The translations under genes and the position numbers were made by a program. This document shows, piece by piece, positions 54,612-64,000 of a DNA stretch of 64,000 nt (positions within the stretch are counted from its first letter, which is position 1; each line of letters begins with the position of its first letter). Location: NCBI RefSeq assembly GCF_009914755.1, contig NC_060927.1. One strand, given 5' to 3'. This DNA is from the human T2T-CHM13v2.0 reference genome, Homo sapiens. Below the pieces are notes generated by a model. That model was not told where the DNA came from. It did not search any database and saw only the letters and a program-made list of their open reading frames with translations.

Positions 54612-54773
54612 CCATCTTCTTTGAAATATACGAAGCTCTTAACTAGGAATAAGACTTGGTTATCAGTATTTTCCATCTGACTGCATAATTATAAGAGTTG
54701 ATTAGAAAGTCTCTTTTTAGCTCATTTGTGTCTCCAGGGTAGACACAGAATAAGGCGGCTATAATTGCAGAGG
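54612..54773 (-). pseudogene. Fossil exon
   Basis: gtttctctag|, g|gtgggc; 162 nt, phase 1-1; SAIIAALFCVYPGDTNELKRDFLINSYNYAVRWKILITKSYS*LRASYISKKM. Confidence 0.7.
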
Positions 54774-55340
54774 CTAGAGAAACGTGAGGCTTTAAATTGG
54801 CGTATATAAAATGAAAAGGGGAAAAAACAACCCAAAATGCACCCAGTTAATTTAGTGTGAGTTTTTATTCACTTGCTTCTGATTCACTATTACAATCATA
54901 CAGGCTTATAAACAAGTTTTCTTTTAGTCTACTGCTTTTCTCTTTTTCTCCATACACGTGTTAATGCATTTTGATATAAGGGTGAAGTCTCACAAACAAC
55001 ATTCATCTCCTAATATGTATATACTGCTAACCCAATAACTAGCTAGAACATTAGGAGATTAGTTCTTAGTCACACACTGTGATCAATTTAATATGCAGAG
55101 ACCTAAATCCTGCAAAAAGGAAATCATGTTATCTAGAAACTTCTCTCTAGATGCAGCTAGAAGAATAAAACATGGCCCAAGAAGCATAGAGAGTCCGAAG
55201 CATATGGCAGAATTTGACCCTATTTTATTTTTTGCTTCACTCTGTAGATTAAAATTTTATTTTAACTTGAAATAAACAAATACACACATCTTTTTTATTT
55301 TCCCCTTTCCCCACAAAAGATAAGAGCAAAATAAAATTAT

Positions 55341-55575
55341 CTTTAGTCTCCAGCTACTACCAAAACCATCAAGAGATAACACCAGTAAATAATGTAGCTA
55401 CAGAAAAAGCTTTGAAGCCAACAAACAAGTTCTTCTTTCTCAAGGTAGGGGCAGCAATGCTAAGTAAACAGAATGAGAAACAGTCAAGCCAATAATTCCT
55501 GGTGACAGTCTCTGCATCTATCTGCATCAGAAGGTTCTTTGAAATATGAATCCTATTATCTCAGGTAGCTCGGCT
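55341..55575 (-). pseudogene. Fossil exon
   Basis: DNRIHISKNLLMQIDAETVTRNYWLDCFSFCLLSIAAPTLRKKNLFVGFKAFSVATLFTGVIS*WFW**LETK; donor degraded g|ataatt, phase 1; start uncertain. Confidence 0.55.
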
Positions 55576-55586
55576 CTCAAAGAAAT

Positions 55587-56900
55587 CATTAATTTAACAA
55601 ATACATATGAGAGTTTATTCTGAACTAGGTAAGTTGTGTTTTAATAGCAATATGAGCACATGAGACACAAATACATCTGGCCAGGTAAGTCAGGGAAGGT
55701 TTTGTAAAGGAGACGACCTTTCATTTGAGTTGGGTCATCAAGTTAACACATGTGGAAGAGTATTCCAGGCAGAAAAAACAACATGAGCAAAGTGCTGAAG
55801 ACATACAAATGCATGGAAGACTGAAGTAATGATTTGAAAAATCCCACAGAGCTAGAGCATAGTGTACTTAGTAGGAATGGGTAGGTGATGGGGCTGGAGA
55901 AATAGATGGGGACAGATTGTAAAAGCTCATATCTGAAGCTAAGGAGTTTAGGCTTTAGCCTGAAAGCTGCAGAGAACCATTTCAGGTTTCTATGCAGGAA
56001 AGCAACATGAAAGCTGTGGTAGTTCTATTTTGTTTGTTTAATAAATTTTGTCAAAGTATAATAGGGACACAAAATAAGTGTTCAACTTACTGAATTTTAC
56101 AAAGTGAACATATGTCCATCTCAGGCCTCTGGTCAGCCAGGTAACCAGTAATTGGGTCAAGAAACATAACATTGCCAACTTCCCAAAAGACCACTCCCCA
56201 CCGCATGCTCCTCTCCTGTCATAACCTCCCACCCCAACAAGGGAACAATTACCCTGATTTCTAATACTGTTGCTTAGATTTGCTGATTTTGAACTTCATA
56301 TGAATGGAACAATATGGTATATGTACTTTAGTGTTTGGCTTTTTTGGCTCAATATTAATGTTTGTAAGATTTTATCTACATTGTGATGTAGATTGAATTC
56401 ATTCATTCCCATTGATGTATGGTATCCCATTATACGAATATACCATAATTTATCAGTTCTAATGTTGAGGTAGGCATCTGGCTTATTTTCAGATTTGGAC
56501 GATTAACAAACACTGTTACCATGAACACTTCATACAAGACTTTTGATAAATATGTGTGCTTACTCCTGCTGAGTATATGTAGTAGGAGTAGATTTGCTGG
56601 ATCAAAGGGTATGCTGATATTCAACTTTAGTAGATACTGCTAAACATTTCTCTAAAACATGCAATTCACACTCCCCCCAGCAGTCTATGAAGTACCAGTT
56701 CCTCCACATCCTCACCAACCTTGGTACTATTATCTTTTCCATTTTTGCCTTTATCAGGGCATATGGTAGTATCCTGCAGTTTATTTTGAAGACAGTGATA
56801 GTGAAGAGAGATTAGAGGTTGAACGGCCAGTTAGGGAACTATGGCAATAATCCAAGAGTGAAGGCATGGATCCAGGACAGTGTCAGTATTTGGAAGCCAG
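55587..56900 (-). mobile_element. L2 interrupted by an old L1M (56030-56780)
   Basis: L2 ttccaggcaga..aaggagttta; L1M gtataatagggacac..catcctcaccaac. Confidence 0.7.
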
Positions 56901-57192
56901 CTCCTGCCAATGCTGGTATTTGTCAGGTGTCATACACATCCAGTGAAAAAGGTCATATGCAATAATATGAAGCTTAGTTTCTCATCATCTCATGCATACT
57001 TGTACTTTTTCCTTTCAATGATAAAATAATTTCCATTTATATAGGATCTTTAATCCCAAAGCCCTTTGCAAATGAAGCCAAGAAAATAAAGCACAGTCCA
57101 TGTCAGTTACAGCCGAAAACAAAAGGCCCAGGTGTGCCACCCACCCCCACCCCGACTGCCTCCTTTGTCAGGAGCAGGGTTGCCAGGCTTGC

Positions 57193-57417
57193 CTCCCCAG
57201 CACTCCCTGCCTACTGTGCCCTGGAGTGGCCTTGGACCTGTGAGTACTGGGCCCTCAACAGCCACGAGGGTGGCATGGGAGGTGGCCTGCAGTGAGACAG
57301 CCTGGCCTGATCGGCATCCATAAAAGCATTTGCTCCCTGCTGTAGGAGTCCTGGTCACCAGGGAAACCAGGCGAGGATGAGGGACCTGGAAGATGGGTGG
57401 GAGTCCAGCCAAGGCAC
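57193..57417 (-). pseudogene. Possible fossil exon (3' end and frame uncertain)
   Basis: strong acceptor ccctctcttgcttgcag|; possible donor gag|gcaagc. Confidence 0.4.
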
Positions 57418-58978
57418 CTGCAAGCAAGAGAGGGTATTTCAATTTCCTCTGAATAGCTTGACTAATGATGATCACTTGCTATGGGAACAAGAAAGCTTTT
57501 GTTTGTGAATTTTAACTTTCAATCTCAAATGTTTTAAGACAGTTTTCAGAAAGGTGGCAGGTCATACCATTTAAAGAACCGTTTCTGAGAGGCAGGGTCT
57601 GTGAGGTGTCAGGGAAGGGGTACGCCCCCATCTATTATACTCGGCCTTTCGATACAGAGAGAGGCATCAGTTCCCTCACATCCACTTCACACCCTCTTCC
57701 CCACCCCACTATGCAACAAGCCCAGCCTGGGTGCCTGGGGGCAGTGCTCTTTATCACCCACACAACCAGCACAGTAGCATTTGCTGGGCTGAAAGGGAGG
57801 GTCATGCAGGGGTGCTTCTTGGGAAGGGCTAGCACCTGGAGAAAGCCATGCGGGTTGGAATTGGGATTGTGAATAAGTTTATAGAGGAGGCTTTTCCCTA
57901 CTAGATCACCTTATTAAATAGCATAGCACTCTTTCTTTAAGGCAAGTAAAAGTGTATGTCTGCTTTCTTCCTTTTTTTCTGGGTTAGCATCCTCTTTCAA
58001 ACAAATCTCTCAGTCCATCAATGTCTTTTTAGCTGCCCTTATAATCCCTAACTAATTTGAACTCAGGAATCAGCACCTTAAATTCCCTAAGCAAAGCATC
58101 CCCTTTCTCAAAGCTGTTCTTCTCCTTTTGGGTTGCCTTTCCTGTCCGTGCTAATAGCATCATCTATACCACCAGTCACTGATTCAGAACCTTGGGGGCA
58201 GCTTTCACTTCTGCTTCTATTCTGACCTCCACCCACCACACTCCCTCGAGTTCCATGAGTTCTACCTCTCACACCACCCTGCATTTCACTTTCTGACTTC
58301 TATCATCTTGGCTGGGTGCTCTTGCTTGGAACCTTGCTGGACCTCAGCCTGAACTGCTCACCTCCAGCATCTCTATTCCGACGCATCCCACATCGCACTG
58401 AAAGCTCAACCTTCCTCAAATATGTATATATATGTGAAGCATTTATTTCCAGATGTTGGTGTTTAAGTGTCCAAGTTTTTCCATCGTCTCCAGAATAAAA
58501 TGCAAGCTTCTTAGATGGGCCACTGAATAGACGCCTTAACCCATCCTTTCAACCTCCTCCTCGTCAAGTATTTTGCAGTCTGCTCCAGCAGATTTTAAAA
58601 TGTCCTCACAGTTTACTCAGTTTGTATTTTAGTGGAATTTGTATTTTTAGTAGAACTTAGGCATTATTTGGGGTTAGGGAAGATATTTGAGGTCCAAATA
58701 GACCAAGAGCTAAGGAAATTTGCAAGATAAACAGAGTTGGGAAGGAAATCAAATGAAAATCTAAGAGGAAATAGATCAAATCTGAAGAAGTAGACAAAAT
58801 TGAAGACAAAATAGGCAAAAGGCCTCAAATCCAGGAGCTAGCTGAGACAGTAGCATGAAGTAGGAAAAACAGAAATCTGAGCTTAGTGCTAAAATAGAGG
58901 CAGCTCAGCTTCAGTCCTTTTTATGGTTCTTCTAAGGATGAGTGATCCTTACTAATTGATGTTAAAAGTTAGAGCCTT

Positions 58979-59234
58979 GCCCTTTGGGAGGCCAAGGTGG
59001 GCGGATCGCAAGGTTAAGAATTCGAGACCAGCCTGGTCAACATGGTGAAACCCTGTCTCTACTAAAAAATACAAAAATCAGCCGGGTGTGGTGGTGTGCT
59101 CCTGTAATCCCAGCTACTCAGGAGGCTGAGGCAGGCGAATTGCTTGAATCCGGAGGGGGAGGTTGCAGTGAGCCGAGATCATGCACTGCACTCTAGCCTG
59201 GGCAAGAGAGCAAGACGCTGTCTCAAAAAAGAAA
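58979..59234 (+). mobile_element. 5'-truncated AluS
   Basis: TSD aaaagttagagcctt at 58964 and 59235. Confidence 0.95.
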
Positions 59235-59356
59235 AAAAGTTAGAGCCTTTACCTGTGATGTGACTCCAAATGTGGTAGCAGCAGGAAGTTCTGTAATCCT
59301 CAAGCTACTCAAATGAAAAAACTATTTCTCATAGAAGCAGCATATGATGTTATTAC

Positions 59357-59599
59357 TTGACTTCACTCAGAAAGATTATGTTCGGATTTTGCAGGGCTTT
59401 TGACTCAATCATACAGATAATGAGAAAGGCAAAGATAGCTTCAACATGCAGCTAAAGTTTTGTCCATACTGCCAAACCTTTGTGATGGATTGTATTGATA
59501 GATCAATTGGAGTCAAGGGGTGTGGGGGGAACTGGTCACTTCATTCAGCAAGCATATACCAATCAATTAAGTGGTCTGTTAAGAAACAGCCAATTCAGT
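59357..59599 (-). pseudogene. Fossil exon (linker-like)
   Basis: ccattttag|, aa|gtaata; 243 nt, phase 2-2; LNWLFLNRPLN*..AVWTKL*LHVEAIFAFLIICMIESKALQNPNIIFLSEVK. Confidence 0.6.
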
Positions 59600-60347
59600 C
59601 TAAAATGGTTGAGATTGTGTATGTGCATATGTACTCAGACAAAAGTAGGAAATATTGATAAAATAATCTTTCTGTTATTACAGCCATTCAGAAAGCACTC
59701 AGATATGTTGTTTTGTGACTTCTAATGGCCCTTGGTATTAAAAACAATTAAGCAGAGCAAAGATCTGTTTCCATATCTACTCTTAGAAGAGATCATGAAA
59801 ACAGCAAAGTCGGGAAAAGAAAAATTACTCTGTGTGCGTATGTGTTTATGCTTCTCCCACATGGGGTAAAAGACACAAAAGCTCAGAAGTGAATCACCAC
59901 CTCTAGAACCATGAGTGTAGGCTTTGGGTCTAACTTCGTTTCTGTGGAAATGAGGCAGTTCAGCTATGCACAGAAATTAAAGTGTACAGGGGGAAAGCGC
60001 TAAACAAAATATGAATTGTAATGAAATCTAAAATGCCAGTGGTCCTATTATTGTGTGTTTTATGTGACTGTGAGGCCAAACAGCATGGGTAATGAGAGGT
60101 CACGATAGCTAAAACTCAGGGCACTAATGGCTCTAACCCACTGGTGAAAGCGGTGACCTCACTAAAATGCAGCCCTAATGGAAATAGCCCCACTAGGAAA
60201 AAGCCAGCATCTGTATCTTAAGAAAATGGAGAGAAAGAGAGAAAACTTTTTAATCCACCTAAATATCTATTGTTTCAAAGAATAATGCTTTTAAAAATCA
60301 CTTGGGAAATTTCTCTTGCAAGTGCCTGCTTCTAATGCTTCCTCTAC

Positions 60348-60581
60348 CCAGACTCCAATCTTCTAGGTTTCCCTCCAGTGAGCGAACCAGCCAGCTGTGT
60401 CAGTGCCATTCGGAAGTGCATTCCTGGATATGGCAACAGTGATCAACATCCCCATGATATGAGAGATCTGTGGTTAAGCAATGTACAAGGAGGCTGCCAG
60501 GAAAAGAGATGGCACTAGTTGGAGCTGAATATTTCCTGAGGCTTGTAAGTATACAGCCAGCCCCTGAGCCTGCGACCATAG
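60348..60581 (-). pseudogene. Fossil exon
   Basis: acceptor degraded ttttgg|, donor gg|gtagag; 234 nt, phase 2-2; YGRRLRGWLYTYKPQEIFSSN*CHLFSWQPP..MHFRMALTQLAGSLTGGKPRRLES. Confidence 0.65.
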
Positions 60582-61611
60582 CCAAAACCAAATCAGTCAG
60601 AGACCCTCCCTATTCCTGTACAGCCAATTGGAAGAGATAGGTTTCCCATTGCCTTTTAGTTTTTTGTTCTGTTTTTGCTTTGGTCCAGTTTTTACCTCAT
60701 TTTAAGAGAAAAATGGTAAAGGGACCAACTTCAGGTTTTGCCCCTAGCCATAGAAATTATAAGAGGACCTCCACTTTGACCACTTTCTCTGTTCAAAGAG
60801 TTCTTACATGATACATTTCACTAGATGTTAGGCTCCTTGAAGTCCAGGATTATTTCTAAACTTTTTAAAATTATCACCTATAACTCTTAGTATAATGTTC
60901 TCCATTTATTTAGGAGAAAGATGGCAAATTAAACATAAAACTCCATCATGTATCAGAATTGCTGAAATAACATTTTTAGTCCCATATCATGGAAATTGAA
61001 AAAAATGGGAAATTTTAAAAGATAGTGAAATATACAGACAGGCACACAGTGAGGAAAGAAGGAGGAAATGTATTTAGGAAGAAAAGAGATTAGATCCTTC
61101 TATTCTCTCGCATTCCGCCAGCTGTGGAATCATGAAGGGAGGCAAACATTAAGCTCATTTCTTACTCAACCATTCATTCCTTTCATTCCTTTTGAGAGTA
61201 TGAAAACACATCCAATTTGTCTCTATCCAGACAAACAGTGTCCCAGAGTCTTTTAGTTTGAGTTATATTTTTACATGACAGTTTCATATAAAGAAAAATT
61301 TCATATATCATTTTAATCTTAAAACAATTATTAGTAAATTGGATGAAGAGGCATAGAGAAGTAAGTGTGAAAAGTAATGATGGGGAAAAGAAGATGTGAT
61401 GAAGAGATCAATACCCAAAGACTAAAATGAAGAAACAGAGGGTGACGGAGAAGAAGCAGAAGAAGAATTGAATAGATTACAAATGGAGTGTTCATCAAAG
61501 CAGGAAATTAGTTTTGTGAATTATTCTTGTAGCTCCTGTATTGTTTGCATGAGCTATTGAATGGCAAGGCAATGAGGATTAATACCTCTCTTAATAGTAT
61601 TGTTGGTTAAC

Positions 61612-61905
61612 CTGTGATAACAATTCTTCAATTGTCTTCCCTAGATCTTAAAAGGCTCTGTTCTGAATTATAGAGGAACAGCAGCCCATCTGGAATAAAT
61701 TATTCTCTTGGCCTCAAAAACAGGGAGCAGAACATCACCCCACTTTCTAGCAGACTGATTCTCAACTTTCTCCCTCATCCAATCACATAAGAATGTCACA
61801 CTCCCATCATTCATGCAGCTGGTTATGGCAGGCATCCCCCTTGAGAAAGTACGGTGGGGGTACAGACTCCTCAAGATGGAGGCTTCGGGATTCCTGGGAT
61901 GGAGG
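61612..61905 (-). pseudogene. Fossil exon
   Basis: pyrimidine tract + cag|, donor ag|gttaac; 294 nt, phase 2-2; LHPRNPEASILRSLYPH..CDWMREKVENQSARKWGDVLLPVFEAKRIIYSRWAAVPL*FRTEPFKI*GRQLKNCYH. Confidence 0.7.
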
Positions 61906-62654
61906 CTGAGGGGTGTGACAGGAGAGCAGGGGCACGGTCATGTGGCTGTTGGAGTTTGAATCTGCTTGCTAGGAAATCCCAGTGCTCCAAAATAACCCCT
62001 ACTGCTTACTACACCTGGTTGTGAATTATTGTTGTAGAATTTCAGTATAAATCAAGATCCCCAGTCTTAAACTAAAGTCTGATGTTCAGCCCAGAGGAGG
62101 CATGGAACGATAGAAGTTTATCTGGATAGCCAGAGGGCAACAGGAAAATGATGTTAACTTGCCTTGTGAAGAAAGGTAGTAGGGATACCCATACTGATTG
62201 CCTGAGCCCCCTGCCTTTTATTCTTTCCCCATGTCAAGCCATCCCACCCATCTTCCACAAATCTCCATGAATCATGGCACCTTCTCACTTAGAGCCCACT
62301 GTCTCTTCAATGCCCTCAGTATAATAAAGCGTCCCCATGAATTGCCCCACAACCTTCTCTAGCTTTACTTGCATAGTCTACCCCCTCCAAAAGACCCATG
62401 ATCCAGTCACTGTTCCCCACATGGTTCCCCTGATCTTTCAGGCCTCCGAGCATTCCTCAAACTGTTGTCTGCACAATTGAGCTTCCTTTCCCTCACATAC
62501 AGTTCTAACAATATTCTTGCTATTATTTGTGATCTAGCTCAAATCAAAAATCCTCTAAGAAATGTCCCCACTTCAAATCAAAATTAATCTTTTATTCCAT
62601 TTATGTTTATAGCACTATGGACTATATTTGTATTTCCTCTTTCATTCACTCACT

Positions 62655-63050
62655 GATGCATACTGAATTCCATTCCCCCCACAATTCCTACATTAAAGTG
62701 CTTACTCCCAACATGACTATATTTCAGGAGGTGATTAAGGCTAAACTAGATCATAAGGATGTGGCCCTAATACAATAGAACTGATGTCCTTATAATAAGG
62801 AGAAAAGATACTAGAGACCTCTCTCTCTCTTTCCTGCCCCCAACTCCAAGCACACAGAGAAAGAACCATGTAAGGATACAGGAAGAAAGTGGCTGTTTGC
62901 AAGCCAAGGAGAGAGGCTTTCAGAGAAACCAAACCTGCTGGCACCTTGATCTTAGACTTCCAGCCCCCGGAACTGTGAGAAAATAAATTCCTGTTGTTTA
63001 AGCCACTCAATGTTTGATATTTTGTTAGGGCAGCCGGAGCAGGCTAACAC
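62655..63050 (+). mobile_element. MLT1 LTR
   Basis: gcaccttgatcttagacttccagcc..aactgtgagaaaataaattcctgttgtttaagccac. Confidence 0.85.
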
Positions 63051-63215
63051 ATTTAGCAAACTTGTGTCAGGAAACTAATATATATTAGACCTCTTGATCA
63101 TGCCCCCTGTGTAACATTGCCAGCTGTGCATCAGTGTAACTGCCCAACGGGAAGCTCTTTGTGGAGCGGTAAGGCTCAGAGCCAAGCACATGCCTTCTGC
63201 AGACTACAGGCTTAC

Positions 63216-63262
63216 TCATCTGCTGAATTAAAACCAAATTTTGCTTAAACTACGTGTTGGCC
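63216..63262 (-). pseudogene. Fossil exon
   Basis: acceptor tcttcctcttctccag|, donor ga|gtaagc; 47 nt, phase 0-2; GQHVV*AKFGFNSAD. Confidence 0.6.
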
Positions 63263-63361
63263 CTGGAGAAGAGGAAGACATTTGCAGTATGATAGACAAT
63301 ACTGCCTTTCCTCAGGGCACATTTCAGCTCCTCTTCTGAGCATCCCACTGCACATGTTTAC

Positions 63362-63484
63362 CTCATTTTTTCTGCCTGAGCCCTCCTGGCTCCTGAACTA
63401 AGAAACTTCTAAGCTAACGGAGCACAGTCCATGAATTGATTTCTAACCATGGCCATGGGTGCTGGCTTCCTCTTACCACGCAGT
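63362..63484 (-). pseudogene. Fossil exon (frame ambiguous)
   Basis: acceptor cttttgtctttcttag|, donor gag|gtaaac, 123 nt. Confidence 0.5.
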
Positions 63485-64000
63485 CTAAGAAAGACAAAAG
63501 CATTTGAAATCCACTTCTTTTTCTCCAATGTAGACCCTCCTTTTCTTCGTTTTAACAATTCAGTTTGTTTTCACATTTGGAAAAGAAAAAATGAGATGCA
63601 CAAAATTCCCCTCTTTCTCTACTCCCTTTGGCTTTTTACACTGCAAAAGACTGTCCAAGTTCAGGAAAATTGATTTTTGCCATTTAAATAATCTAATCTC
63701 CAAAAACCTCTTAACACCTAAACGATAACTTTTTAAGCCACAGCAAGGTAATTAATACTGAAAATAGTCTCCGCAGGGGATCTGTGTATCTGCCTGCCCA
63801 CATTTCCCATTCAGAAGAAATATCTAGTTTGTAGTTGTAAGTTTATGGAAAGATTTACCACAACAAACATGAATTCTATTTTAATAGGCCTTTCCTTCCA
63901 CATATTTTACAAATTGATTAACTTAACTGACCAAATACTAATTAAAAATGCATTAGGAAATGGTTTGTATTCAACAGCTTTGCTAATATTCTTGCTGATG

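Overview
Primate (very probably human) euchromatic DNA. It is AT-rich and full of interspersed repeats (L1, L2, MIR, Alu, MaLR/ERV LTRs, DNA transposons) and carries one 5S rRNA retrocopy. I found no intact protein-coding gene. The main signal is hidden in the non-repeat gaps on the minus strand. About 45 exon-like blocks run from ~63.5 kb down to ~8.3 kb. Most have intact or singly mutated AG/GT splice sites, and their phases mostly chain correctly from one exon to the next. Together they give ~9 kb (~3,000 codons) of reading frame broken by scattered stops and frameshifts. By eye, the reconstructed peptide shows dynein heavy-chain-like landmarks in the correct N-to-C order: linker, AAA1-AAA4, post-stalk, AAA5, AAA6 and lid. 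The best reading is a long-dead, intron-containing (candidate unitary) pseudogene of a highly divergent dynein heavy-chain-like gene whose 5' part lies beyond the window's right edge. The family call rests on motif recall rather than a database search, and repeat subfamily names are also by eye.
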